A stretch of 63,774 nucleotides of DNA, counting the filler, from Chthonomonadaceae bacterium (GTDB lineage: Bacteria > Armatimonadota > Chthonomonadetes > Chthonomonadales > Chthonomonadaceae): assembly GCA_035650735.1 (NCBI GenBank). It is 5 parts of 5 records of this genome, joined end to end, with 100 filler letters (N's around TTAATTAATTAA, not from the genome) between each part and the next. Parts side by side here need not be neighbours in the genome. Positions count along the whole stretch, not along the records: positions 1 to 18,268 come from DASRGZ010000063.1; 4 more parts are not named here. One strand, given 5' to 3'. The notes beneath the pieces were generated by a model. That model saw only the letters and a list, made by a program, of their open reading frames with translations. It was not told where the DNA came from and did not search any database. Below, in pieces: positions 1 through 10,092 of the stretch (positions within the stretch are counted from its first letter, which is position 1; each line of letters begins with the position of its first letter). The translations under genes were made by a program, and so were the position numbers.

Positions 1-1
1 G

Positions 2-148
2 ACGGCGCGCGGATTGATGGCGGCGTTGGCGGCAGCGCTGGCCTCGCTCGTCTTTAAAGATTCGGGGGTCGTCACGGTGATCTTCCTGGTGAGCGCCGTC
101 TTTCTCTTTCTGCTCTACGCTCTCCTCACGGACCCGCTGCCTGGGTAA
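2..148 (+). CDS. 3' end of a multi-pass membrane protein (partial)
   Basis: Frame 2 reads TARGLMAALAAALASLVFKDSGVVTVIFLVSAVFLFLLYALLTDPLPG-stop, with two hydrophobic segments; translated by eye. Confidence 0.6.
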   Translation, partial: TARGLMAALAAALASLVFKDSGVVTVIFLVSAVFLFLLYALLTDPLPG

Positions 149-152
149 GATC

Positions 153-326
153 GAATCCACCGATTACACAGATTAACACCGATTAAGAAAGGACCTAGAC
201 ACGGATGGGACGGATGCCACGGATCAAACGGATAAGGGCCTGGAATCCGTGTTATCCGTTTAATCCGTCCGATCCGTGTTTCTCTTTGTTTTTTAATTTG
301 CGCTAATCTATGTAATCGGTGGATTC
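153..326. repeat. Nested palindromic element built from ~9-bp units; probable bidirectional terminator
   Basis: Outer arms gaatccaccgattacacagattaacaccgattaa / ttaatttgcgctaatctatgtaatcggtggattc; inner arms of (acggat)n / (atccgt)n; lies between convergent genes. Confidence 0.8.
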
Positions 327-352
327 TTTTGGGACCGGTATGGCGCTCGTGC

Positions 353-1894
353 CTAATCTAGCGGAACGACCACGAAGCGGATGTCCTTATCGTGCTGATA
401 AAGGATCTTGACCTGGTCCCCGGATTTCAGGTTGGCCGTGGCAGACTGGAACGCCTGCACCGTCGGCGTCTCCACGTCGTTGATCTTGAGGATAACCTGC
501 CCTTCGCTCAGCTCGTCTATGTCGGCTGCCGCGGAGTTGGGGTCAATGGATTTGATCACGACGCCGGGCGTTTTGGGAGTCACGCCCGCGGCCTCGGCCA
601 GCTTCTGCGTCAGCGGCTGCACTTCGATGCCCAGGCGGGATTTGCTCGGCGCGCGCGGCTTCTCGTTTGTCGGCGGCAGGTCGTTATCCCCGGCCTCGGC
701 CAGCGTCGCCTTGAGAGCCATTTCCTTGCCGTTCCGCACGACGGTTAGATCCACGGTCGTATCCGGGGGCGTCTGGGCGACAATGGTGCGCAGGTCGAGT
801 TCATTCCGTACCGGCTTTTTGTTGATGGCGATCACCACATCGCCCGCGTGCAGCCCGGCTTTGGCTGCCGGGGTCGCCGGGTAGGGTTCCATATCAATCA
901 GCGCGCCCTGGTCCACGTTGAGCGCCGACGCCAGGCGCGGCGTGATGCTGGTGGGACTGATGCCGAGGTAGCCATAGCTGACGTGGCCCTTGGTCATCAA
1001 CTGCGTGATGACGAACTTGGCCGCGTTGATCGGAATGGCGAACCCGATGCCGATGCTGCCGCCGCCCTCGCTCTCAATGGCGGTGTTGATGCCGATGACC
1101 TCCCCGTAGATGTTGCAGAGCGGCCCGCCGGAGTTGCCAGGGTTGATGGCCGCGTCCGTCTGGATCATCTGCGGATAGAAGCGCGGGCGCCCAAGGGCGC
1201 TGAAGTCGCTGATGCGCTGCTGGCGGTAGAGGCTGCTGATGACGCCGACCGAGAGCGAGCCCTCGTAGCGATAGGGGCTGCCGATGGCGATGGCCCAGTG
1301 TCCCACCTTCACCTTGTCGGAGTCGCCCAGGCGCGCGGCGGGGAAGTAGGAAGGCCCATCGAGCTTGATCAGGGCCAGGTCGCTGCGGTAATCGCGCAGC
1401 ACTTTGCCGGTTAATTCGCGTCCATCGTGCAGGCGCACGGTCACTTTATCCGCGCCGCCAACCACGTGGTCGTTGGTGAGCACCCAGCCGTCCTTGGAGA
1501 TAATGACTCCGGAGCCGGTGCCGGTGGCGCGGCGCGTGCCGTTGCGTCCGAAAGGCGCCAGGCCATGGAACTCATTTCCATTGGGCTCGCCGCCGGCGGT
1601 GCGAATGGCCTTGCTAGTATAGATGGTGACCACCGCCGGTTCCACCTCATCCGCGACGGCGCTGAACGCATCCTGCAGATCGGCAAGCCGGGCGACGCTT
1701 GCCCGTGCGTTCTCAAGCCTCGCTTTCTCTTGGGCATGCGCTGACGGCGCTCCTCCTGTCGAGAGGGCCGCTGCCAGGCTCATCACGCCGACCCACCCCC
1801 ACATCGCCCGGCGCTTGCTCGGGATAGCCCTGCCTCTTACGGGCGATGCTGTCGGCATCCGGTTCCCATCGCGCCCTCTCTGTCGGTAGTGCAT
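353..1894 (-). CDS. htrA: HtrA/DegP-family serine protease with two PDZ domains
   Basis: TNDHVV, SDLALIK, TDAAINPGNSGGPL motifs; two PDZ domains; N-terminal hydrophobic signal; AAGGAGGT RBS. Confidence 0.95.
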   Translation of the reverse strand: MHYRQRGRDGNRMPTASPVRGRAIPSKRRAMWGWVGVMSLAAALSTGGAPSAHAQEKARLENARASVARLADLQDAFSAVADEVEPAVVTIYTSKAIRTAGGEPNGNEFHGLAPFGRNGTRRATGTGSGVIISKDGWVLTNDHVVGGADKVTVRLHDGRELTGKVLRDYRSDLALIKLDGPSYFPAARLGDSDKVKVGHWAIAIGSPYRYEGSLSVGVISSLYRQQRISDFSALGRPRFYPQMIQTDAAINPGNSGGPLCNIYGEVIGINTAIESEGGGSIGIGFAIPINAAKFVITQLMTKGHVSYGYLGISPTSITPRLASALNVDQGALIDMEPYPATPAAKAGLHAGDVVIAINKKPVRNELDLRTIVAQTPPDTTVDLTVVRNGKEMALKATLAEAGDNDLPPTNEKPRAPSKSRLGIEVQPLTQKLAEAAGVTPKTPGVVIKSIDPNSAAADIDELSEGQVILKINDVETPTVQAFQSATANLKSGDQVKILYQHDKDIRFVVVPLD

Positions 1895-2134
1895 CTCTTT
1901 GCGACCTCCTTGCCGGTTTGTCCTGGAGACAAACCGCGCAGCAAAACGGTAATCCAGTGTACCAGAAAAGGGAGGGAATGGAAAGGTCCCACCCCTACAG
2001 CCTCATGCAAAATCCAGCCGGAAAAACGGCGCTCGGCTTTTGGGCGGGTAGCGCCGCCTATTTGACGAATGATGGCCACGAAGGTTTACGTAGATTTTTG
2101 CTTCCAGCCAGCCCGTTCTGTTTTGGGTTGTGGC

Positions 2135-2450
2135 CCTCACCCTCTTCCCACTGCAAGGGTTGGGCCTGCAATGGACTGCCAGGGTCGGGCCTGCAACGGT
2201 TCGGCCACTGCTCTAGGGCCGCCGGAGTTACGGCCTCCGGCTCCGCCTAGCGACACCTTGCGACCCCCCTCCGCCTTGCGACATCTAGCGATCCCCAACA
2301 ACAGGGGAGGAGAGAAGCTGGGTCACTCCCTTCCCTTGTAGGGAAGGGGGGCGGGGGGTTAGGTGAGTCACCGAAGGGCGACTTCGTGCTTTTGTTGCTA
2401 CTGCCAGTGTCGGCAGGGTTACGGCCCCTGCCTCCGCCTGGCGAGGCTTT
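2135..2450. repeat. Mosaic REP-like repeat cluster
   Basis: Modules gactgccagggtcgg, cctccgccttgcgac and cccttcccttgtagggaagggg...ggggttaggt shared with other intergenic regions. Confidence 0.75.
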
Positions 2451-2526
2451 CGCCGCCCGAAAAGGAAAAAAGACCCGGCGAGAACGCCGGGTGGAAGGCA
2501 ATCAACTCTCTTGGAAGAAGTACGGA

Positions 2527-3162
2527 TTAGCGCGGGTAAAGCACACTGAGCACAGGATTGGAGCTGCGCAGGTACCGGCGCGGCAACACCCGCTCGCTGG
2601 AAAAAACGACGGGCAGCGGATTGAGCGGCGTATTTCGAGTCCAGATCGGATTAACAACAGGCAGAGGCTGCTCCGATAGCAGATCGGGACTAGCGCCGTT
2701 AGGATAAAGCCCGAAACGCGGGATTTCCGATCCCGATGCCAGGGGCAGCATCGAAATCTGGCTCGTCGGCTGCTGCCAATGGATCTCGTTGGGGGTATCC
2801 ACCATGCGGACCGTCCACAGAATGCCCATGGCGGCCAGCCCGGTCCCAAAAGCGATAACGGGCGGCGGCGGAGCGATCTGCTTCCACCGGGCGCAGAACT
2901 GGCGCAGCCAGGAGGCCGGCCCGCCGCTAGTCGCCTGCGCCTCGGCAGAGACCAATCGCTGCAAAATGAGTCCAGGCAACTCCGGGCGCGGCTCCTGGAT
3001 GCGCATCCCGGCCAGAAGCCGCTTGACCTGCAGCAGGCCCTCATATTCGGCCTGACATTCGGGACAGGCATTCAGATGCAGGTGAATTTGCCGGTGCTCT
3101 ACTCCCGGCAACTCCCCGTCCATATACGCGGACAGAAGATGGCTCACTTTACGACAGTTCAC
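2527..3162 (-). CDS. Zinc-finger (zf-HC2) transmembrane anti-sigma factor
   Basis: C..V..LLSAYMDGEL...HLNACPEC (HxxxCxxC) plus one TM helix; directly downstream of the ECF sigma. Confidence 0.9.
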   Translation of the reverse strand: MNCRKVSHLLSAYMDGELPGVEHRQIHLHLNACPECQAEYEGLLQVKRLLAGMRIQEPRPELPGLILQRLVSAEAQATSGGPASWLRQFCARWKQIAPPPPVIAFGTGLAAMGILWTVRMVDTPNEIHWQQPTSQISMLPLASGSEIPRFGLYPNGASPDLLSEQPLPVVNPIWTRNTPLNPLPVVFSSERVLPRRYLRSSNPVLSVLYPR

Positions 3163-3240
3163 GCTCGATCTCCTGTTTTGTACCCGGCAGCGGATACAGA
3201 ATGATTTCAGAAAGAAGGCAAGAGAATAAGGGCTGTATCA

Positions 3241-3834
3241 TTAGCACGCTTCTTTAGCGCGCTGCATCAGTTGCGCTACTTTCTGACGCAGCAGCTTGCG
3301 CCCGCGATGCAGGCGCGAGCGCACCGTTCCCAGAGAGCAGCTCATCGTTTCGGCGATCTCCTCATAAGACAATCCTTCGATGTCCGCCAGGATAACCGCT
3401 ACCCGGAACTCTTCGGGCAAGGCTTCCAGCGCTCGCTGCAAGTGCTCGTCTAGCGCCTCGCTGAGCAACATCTGCGCCGGGTTGGACTCCAGATCCGGGA
3501 TCTCCAGCAGCACATCGGCGTCGCCGCTCTCGCTGGCGTTGAGCGGTTGATCCAGCGACTGCATCTTATATTTTGGTTTCTTGCGGATTTCGTCAATGAA
3601 CACGCGGGACATGATCCGGTAGAGCCAGTTTTCAAAGGGCATGTCCCGGTTATACCTATCGAAGAAACGATAGGCACGCAGGAACGATTCCTGGGTTAAG
3701 TCCTCGGCGTCGGCATGGTTGCCCGTCATGCGGTAGGCGATATTATACGCCTGCCGATGACAGCGATTCACCAGCGTATCGAACTCTCTGCGATCATTAC
3801 GCAGGACACCGGGGAAGATCCGCACAAGGTCCAT
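3241..3834 (-). CDS. ECF sigma-70 factor (SigE/RpoE-like)
   Basis: DAEDLTQESFLRAY region 2; LSYEEIAETMSCSLGTVRSRLHRGR region 4. Confidence 0.95.
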   Translation of the reverse strand: MDLVRIFPGVLRNDRREFDTLVNRCHRQAYNIAYRMTGNHADAEDLTQESFLRAYRFFDRYNRDMPFENWLYRIMSRVFIDEIRKKPKYKMQSLDQPLNASESGDADVLLEIPDLESNPAQMLLSEALDEHLQRALEALPEEFRVAVILADIEGLSYEEIAETMSCSLGTVRSRLHRGRKLLRQKVAQLMQRAKEAC

Positions 3835-3857
3835 TCGGCTAGCCTCCTACGTTGGCT

Positions 3858-3884
3858 TACGGGCAGGATTTGCGATAAAGTTCC
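3858..3884 (-). promoter_or_regulatory. ECF-type promoter, probably autoregulatory
   Basis: Minus strand GGAACT-N17-CGTA just upstream of the ECF sigma gene. Confidence 0.65.
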
Positions 3885-3940
3885 CGGCGCCAGCCTACTT
3901 TCTTGATAAGAATTCTGATGGTGGCTAACTCGCGCATGGG

Positions 3941-4879
3941 TTAACGGGCGGCCCGCGATACCTGCCGGAGGGCCGGTGCGGGCTGCGGGGCCGCTGCCGA
4001 CGCGATGTTTGCCGCGTGAGCCTGGAGGAATAGATTGGCCGCCAGGCGCTGCCGTTCTGGCAGGTGCTCGATCATCTCATGGATGGTGACAAAGCGATAG
4101 CCTTCGGCGCGGAGGGCTTCGATAATCCGAGGCAGTGCGACCGCGGTGTTGGGATAGTCGTGCAGCAGGATAATGCTGCCGTTTTCCGTGCGGTTGACCG
4201 TGCGATTGACGATGAAATCAATCGTTTCGTTAAAGTTAAAATCGGCCGAGAGGGTATTGCAGCCGACCAGGATGTAGCCCAGGCGCTGCGTCGTGGCGAG
4301 CACGTTTTGATTGTAGCGCATTCCGGGCGGGCGCAGCAGGGAAAGATGCTGGCCGGTGATGCGATAGAAGGTAATATCTACGTCGTTGATCTCGCGGTGG
4401 CGCTTCTGCGGCGATAGGGAGGTCAGGCGCAGGTGGTGGTAGGAGTGGTTCCCGACTTCATGGCCCTCGGCCAGCGTGCGCCGCAGCAGGTCCGGGTTTT
4501 CCGCCATGCGCCTGCCCACGTCGAAGAAGGTCGCGTGGACGCCGTAGCGCTTGAGCGTGTCGAGTATCTGGCCCCGACTCTGGATATGCGGCCCGTCGTC
4601 GAAGGTGAGGGCGACTTCCGGCAGGGAGCGGTTGCCATGAAGCAGGATCGCGCCATTTGGGTCGTAGAGGTCTTCGCCATGCAGGCGGCGCCACCAGTAC
4701 ATCGGGTTCAGCGTCTGGCCCCAGGTCAGCGTGCGGTGCTCGTTATACCAGAAGAGCCCACTGCCGACGAGCAGGAGGGCCAGCAGGCCGAGCGCGCGTC
4801 CAACGCGCGACCGAAGGAGCCGACGGGGCAGCGAATCCCGCGGCGTTGCGGAATCGGTGTTACTCTTGCGCAGAGGCAT
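3941..4879 (-). CDS. Polysaccharide/peptidoglycan deacetylase (CE4/NodB), membrane-anchored
   Basis: ALTFDDGP, HEVGNHSYHH, RPPG, IILLHD motifs; N-terminal TM helix. Confidence 0.92.
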   Translation of the reverse strand: MPLRKSNTDSATPRDSLPRRLLRSRVGRALGLLALLLVGSGLFWYNEHRTLTWGQTLNPMYWWRRLHGEDLYDPNGAILLHGNRSLPEVALTFDDGPHIQSRGQILDTLKRYGVHATFFDVGRRMAENPDLLRRTLAEGHEVGNHSYHHLRLTSLSPQKRHREINDVDITFYRITGQHLSLLRPPGMRYNQNVLATTQRLGYILVGCNTLSADFNFNETIDFIVNRTVNRTENGSIILLHDYPNTAVALPRIIEALRAEGYRFVTIHEMIEHLPERQRLAANLFLQAHAANIASAAAPQPAPALRQVSRAAR

Positions 4880-5021
4880 CTTTTTACCCAGGAGAAATAT
4901 CTGTTTATAATACGCACGCCGCCGCAGGAAAGCTTCCTGTCAGGCCGCGCGCTTCCCGGCAATTTTAGGAAGGGTCTAATGAATTGTAGGCAGACGCTCC
5001 AATCAGGGTAAAGTGGCAAAG

Positions 5022-5051
5022 TTGACAGAATCGCCCTGCCTGGCGTATAAT
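5022..5051 (+). promoter_or_regulatory. Sigma-70 promoter of tRNA-Leu
   Basis: TTGACA-N18-TATAAT 12 nt upstream of the tRNA. Confidence 0.8.
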
Positions 5052-5063
5052 ACGGCGTGCCGC

Positions 5064-5146
5064 GCCGGAGTGGCGGAATGGCAGACGCGGCGGTCTCAAA
5101 AACCGTTAGGGGCGACCCTGTGTGGGTTCGACTCCCACCTCCGGCA
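5064..5146 (+). tRNA. tRNA-Leu(CAA)
   Basis: Acceptor stem gccggag/ctccggc; D-loop ggaatggcagac; anticodon arm gcggt-ctCAAaa-accgt; long variable arm; GGTTCGACTCC T-loop; CCA not encoded. Confidence 0.95.
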
Positions 5147-5215
5147 CGTTTTAAAGAGAAAGACGGAAGGATAAAGAAAAGCCCTGGCTCTGTTCATCCT
5201 TCCGCCTTATTTATT

Positions 5216-5887
5216 TTAAGCTCGCTCTTCGGCGTGGGCGGCCCACAGCAGCCCGCGCGTCATGATGTTGAATGCCTCCGGCTGACGGACGATATCGGCG
5301 TGATGCCCCAGCGAGCTATAGAAGACGCGGCCCTGCCCGTACATCTTCGTCCAGACCACCGGCATATCCACCGGGCCGTTGGTCACATGTGGACCGTCGG
5401 CGGTGGGGAAGCGAGTGACGGCAAGCACCTTGTTGGCCGGGTCCACGTGCATGTAGTACTGCTCTGACTTCACCTGGAAGTCGGACATGCCCCGTGTGAT
5501 GAAGTGATCTCGGTCGGTGATGTGAACGGTGTACTCCACGCCGTCGTTGCCGGGGTGGGCTACCCACTGTCCGCCGGTCATGAACTGCCACTCGGTCGCG
5601 TCTCGGAAGGAGTCGCACATCCCGCCGTGGCACCCGCCGAGACCCACGCCGCCCTTCACCGCTTCCAGCACCGGGTTAAGTTGCTCATTGGTGATCGTGC
5701 CCATCGTCCAGATCGGCACAATCAGGTTGAGCGATTTGAGCTTCTCGGCATCCTTGAACGCATCCAGCGTATCGCGTACCTCTACCTCGAAGCCCTTCTG
5801 CCGCAGCGCCTGATCCAGAATCTCGGCTACCTGCTGCGGCTCGTGGCCGTTCCAACCACCCCAAACGATCAACGCCTTGTATGCCAT
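5216..5887 (-). CDS. ThuA-like domain protein
   Basis: ALIVWGGWNGHEP, GGCHGG, WVAHPG, GQGRVFYSSLGH. Confidence 0.88.
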   Translation of the reverse strand: MAYKALIVWGGWNGHEPQQVAEILDQALRQKGFEVEVRDTLDAFKDAEKLKSLNLIVPIWTMGTITNEQLNPVLEAVKGGVGLGGCHGGMCDSFRDATEWQFMTGGQWVAHPGNDGVEYTVHITDRDHFITRGMSDFQVKSEQYYMHVDPANKVLAVTRFPTADGPHVTNGPVDMPVVWTKMYGQGRVFYSSLGHHADIVRQPEAFNIMTRGLLWAAHAEERA

Positions 5888-6074
5888 CTTATCTCCTCAT
5901 TTGTTTGGATTCTGCATATGCTTTGTGTCCCTGCGCTTTTGTCCCATGCCAGAGGGCATCCATATAGAATCATGTCTCTGTTGGGTATCGCTTTTGCAGG
6001 ATTGCCATACACTCCTGTCTCGGCGCTTTTGCGTTTTTCGCGTCCGCAGCAGCCGGGCAATAAATTACCCGTCT

Positions 6075-6141
6075 GTAGGGCGGCTTTGCCGCCAACCGTC
6101 CTAGCGGACGAAACACCCATCTTGGCGGCAGGTGGCTGCCT
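6075..6141. repeat. GTAG-type REP doublet
   Basis: gtagggcggctttgccgcc...ggcggcaggtggctgcctac imperfect inverted pair. Confidence 0.5.
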
Positions 6142-6317
6142 ACGAAGAGCGGAAAGAACCTGCCGCAACAGAGCGTCCGTCAGGACGCTTGGCCACAGGC
6201 CACCGAGACGGGTACTTTCCGTGCCCGGCGGCGAGTGCCGGAAAACGGAAGGACCCTGCTTTCCCATAGCATCAGGATTATACCGTATCGGAACGGCAGG
6301 GGGAGGCACGGTTAGCC

Positions 6318-7856
6318 CTAATGTCCCTGCGCTTTGGCCTCGTCCCAGAGGGCATCCATCTCCGCCAGCGTCATGCCCTGGAGGGTGCGGCCCTGCGCCT
6401 GGGCGCGCTGCTCCATGTAGCGGAACCGCTGGGAGAAGCGCGCCAGCATCGTCCGCAGCGCCTCTTCCGGGTCTACCTGCTGCCATCGGGCGATCTGAAC
6501 GATGGTGAACAGCAGGTCGCCCAACTCGGCGAAGATGGCCTCGCGGTCGGGCGTCTCGGAGGAGAGCTCGGCCTTCAACTCAGCGGCCTCCTCGTCGAAC
6601 TTCGCCAGGACATCGGCGAACGTGTCCCACTCGAAGCCAACCTTGACGGCCCGCTTGCTGATCTCCATCGCCTGCATCAGCGCCGGAAGGCCGCGCGGCA
6701 CGCCGTCCAGCGCCGACTGGCGCCAGGTTTCGTCCTTCTCGGCGCGCTTGATCTTTTCCCAGTTGCGCAGCACCTCCTCGCTGCCTGAGACCTCCACCGT
6801 GCCGAAGACGTGCGGGTGGCGGCGTACCAGCTTATCCACGATGCGCCCTGTCACGTCATCTATGTTGAAGATGCCTTCCTCGGAAGCCAGCTGCGCATGG
6901 AAGACGACTTGCAGCAGCGCGTCGCCCAACTCCTCGCACAGCATATCGGGGTCATCCTCATCAATGGCCTCCAGGACCTCATACGTCTCCTCGATGAAGT
7001 ACTTCTTGAGGGTCGCGTGCGTCTGCTCCCGGTCCCAGGGACAGCCGTTGGGGCTGCGCAGGCGGGCCATCACGCCCACGAGCGTGGCGAAGGAGGGACG
7101 GCGCAGGGTCGGGGGCAGCGGCGGAACGTAGACGGTCGTGAGGTGGTCTACCGGCTCACGGTCAAGCTGGAAGAGCGGAACGCGGCGGACCGCCTCGCGT
7201 CCGGGCACGCCCGCCCACTGAATCAGCGCGATCTCCCAGTCGTCGGGGTAGTCGCGCATCAGGGAGAGCTTGGCATGGGAGGCCGAGGCCGTATCGAACA
7301 CCTGATAGAGCAGGAGGCCGCGCGACACATCCAGGCGTCCGCCGTCGGGGTGACCGTGTTCGTCAATCCGGTCGGTGGGCGCGAGGGTCAGCGCATCGCG
7401 CACGTCCACGCCGTCTCCGAGGCTGGCGCCCGCCGCCGTCAGGGCCGCCTCGACGAAGCTGCCGGAAGAGACGATCTGGGTGGGGATGCCGGCGGAGGCT
7501 GCGCCCTCGCGGATGAGCCGCACCGACTCTTCGCCGAAGAGGGGATGGCCCGGCACGGCATAGGCGACGGCAAAGGGCTTGCCGCCGCCTGTTATGCGCG
7601 CTGCCTCCGCAAGCACCCGCGCCGCAATGCCGGAGTAGACCGCCGCAAAGTCGGGTGCCGTATCGTAGAGCGCGTCCAGCGTCTCGAAATGCAGGCCCCA
7701 GGCGCGCAGCGCCTCCACGACCGGATGGCGTGCCGTGCGCAGCAGCAGCACGCCTGTGCCCTGCTCCATAGCCGCCGAAGCCTCGCGCAGCGCCCGCTCC
7801 GCGCCGCGCGAGAGCGTCTCCGCATCCCCGGGGCCCAGTCCGATCAGGGTAATCAT
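6318..7856 (-). CDS. mazG: YabN-like tetrapyrrole-methylase/MazG nucleoside triphosphate pyrophosphohydrolase
   Basis: ITLIGLGPG and AVPGHP N-domain; GCPWDREQT, EETYE, EELGD, KLVRRHPHVF MazG motifs. Confidence 0.93.
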   Translation of the reverse strand: MITLIGLGPGDAETLSRGAERALREASAAMEQGTGVLLLRTARHPVVEALRAWGLHFETLDALYDTAPDFAAVYSGIAARVLAEAARITGGGKPFAVAYAVPGHPLFGEESVRLIREGAASAGIPTQIVSSGSFVEAALTAAGASLGDGVDVRDALTLAPTDRIDEHGHPDGGRLDVSRGLLLYQVFDTASASHAKLSLMRDYPDDWEIALIQWAGVPGREAVRRVPLFQLDREPVDHLTTVYVPPLPPTLRRPSFATLVGVMARLRSPNGCPWDREQTHATLKKYFIEETYEVLEAIDEDDPDMLCEELGDALLQVVFHAQLASEEGIFNIDDVTGRIVDKLVRRHPHVFGTVEVSGSEEVLRNWEKIKRAEKDETWRQSALDGVPRGLPALMQAMEISKRAVKVGFEWDTFADVLAKFDEEAAELKAELSSETPDREAIFAELGDLLFTIVQIARWQQVDPEEALRTMLARFSQRFRYMEQRAQAQGRTLQGMTLAEMDALWDEAKAQGH

Positions 7857-7870
7857 CGCCGCCTCTCCGG

Positions 7871-9079
7871 CTACGGACCTGCCGGCACGGGGGCGGTTCC
7901 GGCGCCGCCTGCGGGCGCCGGGGCGATTCCTCCGGCGCCTGGAGCGGGAGCAGCCGCGCCAGCCGGGGAAGCGCCCTCCGGCGCCACCGCCACCGGGCCG
8001 CCGGGAGCGGGCACCGCGTGCGACTGAGCCTGGGCCAGGACGTAGTTTTCCACCAGCGATTTATACCGATCTATATAGATTTGAATGTGCGAGTCGCGGG
8101 TATAGGCGGCCAGCTCCTGGTTGGCGTGCCGGACCCACTCGGGGCGCGTCTCGCTGATGACGATCTGCTGCAGAAGGGGCCGCACCTGCGGCAGCGTCGG
8201 GACCGTCTCCGGCTCCTTTCTGACCATCTGGGCAATCAGATAGAAGGTCCGGGGCAGTCGCGTCTGTGGGTCGGGCACCTGGATAGAGATCGGTTCGGTG
8301 ACGGTCTGGCCGCTATTGAGCGGGGCCAGCGCCCTGTAGAGCGGCGGCGCCTGCGTCTGCAACTGCGCGGCCAGTACAGCGGTGTCCCGGCCCGCCCCTT
8401 GAGCGGCGAGCGGCTGCGACTGCGTGATGGCCTGGGCCACTGCCTGGAACGGCCGCCCGCCCTGGATGGTCGTCAGCGCCTGTTGGGCCTGCGCTTTATC
8501 CTGGAACGGCAGCACCCGGATCGTCCAGACTTCCGGGAAGACCAGCCGGGGCTTCTGGCCGGGCGCGGCCTTGGTGAGCTGATCGTACTTGGCTTTGATC
8601 GCGTTCTCATCGGGCTTGGCGCCCTCCGAACCGATCTCCAGCTGTTGGATGCTGTAACGGATCTGGCGCTCCAGATCCTCTTCGGTGATCTGGCCGTTGT
8701 TGATCTGATTGAGGATGTCGGGACTGACCCGCTTTTGATATTCCGCCAGCGTCCGCACGTCCTCGTCGGGGACCTCTTCGTGGGCTTTCTGGACGGCGAG
8801 CTGGTGCGTTAGCTCTTCCCGGATCATATCTACCAGCACCATACCGCCGATTTCCATGCTGGTATTGGTGTTGACCGGGTTGGGATGGACGCGCAGGGCG
8901 CGATTAACATAGTCGTCTTCGACAATGGAGTTCTTGTTGACGCGGGCCACAATTTTCTGTCCCTGGCAGCCTGCCAGGGAAACAAGGGCCAATGCGGCAG
9001 CACAGTACAGGGGGAGACGCCGTGTGCAGCGGCGTAAAATCGGACTCAAGGTGTTTGCTTCTCCTTTTGGACAATACAA
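7871..9079 (-). CDS. PrsA/SurA-like foldase lipoprotein with degenerate PPIase domain (true start possibly ~9049)
   Basis: LAGC lipobox, IVARVNK SurA-N-like start, AQQALTTIQGGRPFQAVA parvulin-like segment, Pro/Ala/Gly tail. Confidence 0.6.
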   Translation of the reverse strand: MYCPKGEANTLSPILRRCTRRLPLYCAAALALVSLAGCQGQKIVARVNKNSIVEDDYVNRALRVHPNPVNTNTSMEIGGMVLVDMIREELTHQLAVQKAHEEVPDEDVRTLAEYQKRVSPDILNQINNGQITEEDLERQIRYSIQQLEIGSEGAKPDENAIKAKYDQLTKAAPGQKPRLVFPEVWTIRVLPFQDKAQAQQALTTIQGGRPFQAVAQAITQSQPLAAQGAGRDTAVLAAQLQTQAPPLYRALAPLNSGQTVTEPISIQVPDPQTRLPRTFYLIAQMVRKEPETVPTLPQVRPLLQQIVISETRPEWVRHANQELAAYTRDSHIQIYIDRYKSLVENYVLAQAQSHAVPAPGGPVAVAPEGASPAGAAAPAPGAGGIAPAPAGGAGTAPVPAGP

Positions 9080-9187
9080 AAAAATAGGGCATCACAAAAC
9101 CGCCGGCAGGCGCCCGCAGTCGTGTGGATGTTTCTCCTCCTGATTGAATTCATGAGAGGTACTCGCACAGTGAGGAGGGATTACCTA

Positions 9188-9290
9188 ACCCAAGTTGCTA
9201 CCTAGGAACACGTTTGAGAGAGAATCGCTCTGGAAACCGGCTTTTGCATCACCGTTTGCCTTCTCGAAGAGGCAAGGTAGCAACTTGAGT
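9188..9290. mobile_element. MITE family A, copy 1 (103 bp)
   Basis: TIRs acccaagttgctacct / aggtagcaacttgagt; TSD taccta at 9182-9187 and 9291-9296; same sequence as 13549-13651 and 54980-55082 in reverse orientation. Confidence 0.92.
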
Positions 9291-9321
9291 TACCTAATCG
9301 CCGGCTTCGTGCCGCTTGTAT

Positions 9322-9867
9322 TTACCGGCGCTGTAGGCGCAGGCCAAGCAGCGTTTCTACTTCACCTTCGGAGAGCCCAGTAGCGCGGGCGATGGCAGCC
9401 GGCGCCTCGCCGGCATCGGCCAGCGCATAGACGGTCTGGCGACGCGAATCCGGCCTGGCGGGTGCGCTCGCAGGGCTCTTCTCGTCGGTAGTATTGGGGG
9501 CAACAGCGGCGAGCCCCCGCGTGATTGCCGGGTCCATCTCCGGCCTTTGCCTATCTGGCGAAGGAACAACGCGGGACGGAGCGGCCTGCCGCTCGCCCTC
9601 TTCCCATGCCGCCAGGCGGCGATCCAGGGATGCCAGCAGCTCCTTTGCCTCCAGACAGCGACTCTCCAGGCGGGCCGATGTCTGGTCCGCCGTCTCTTCG
9701 AGCTCCTTCAGCAACTGCTTGATGCTGCGCTGCAGCGCTTTCACCTCACTCAGAACCGGCGCCTCCGCCGCACGGGCGGAGAGTTCGGCGCGGGCCTGCT
9801 GAAAAAGAAAATACCCCACAGCCAGCAGCATAATCTGCAAGACGAAGACGACGATCTGCCAATCCAT
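9322..9867 (-). CDS. Membrane-anchored coiled-coil protein with C-terminal HTH (SwrB/DUF2802-like, flagellar operon tail)
   Basis: N-terminal TM, coiled coil, VYALADAG...IARATGLSEGEVETLLGL; downstream of fliA. Confidence 0.7.
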   Translation of the reverse strand: MDWQIVVFVLQIMLLAVGYFLFQQARAELSARAAEAPVLSEVKALQRSIKQLLKELEETADQTSARLESRCLEAKELLASLDRRLAAWEEGERQAAPSRVVPSPDRQRPEMDPAITRGLAAVAPNTTDEKSPASAPARPDSRRQTVYALADAGEAPAAIARATGLSEGEVETLLGLRLQRR

Positions 9868-9914
9868 GCAAGCCTTCCGTTTCTGGAAACCCTGGCACGC
9901 CACCCCACGCTCCC

Positions 9915-10015
9915 AAGAGGCCCCCACCCCCTTCCCCTCCCCAAGAACAGGGGAGGGGAGAAGGGAAGCCGGGTCACCCCTTCCCTTGTAGGGAAGGGGG
10001 ATGGGGGGTTAGGTG
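9915..10015. repeat. REP-like double hairpin
   Basis: cccctcccc-aagaac-aggggagggg and ccccttcccttgtagggaagggg...ggggttaggt, similar to 2290-2363. Confidence 0.7.
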
Positions 10016-10092
10016 GGGCTGTAATCCTGGGCAGCGCGGAGGACGCTGCTTCTTATACGTAGAATTCCGACCAAATAGCACACGTTGCCGGG

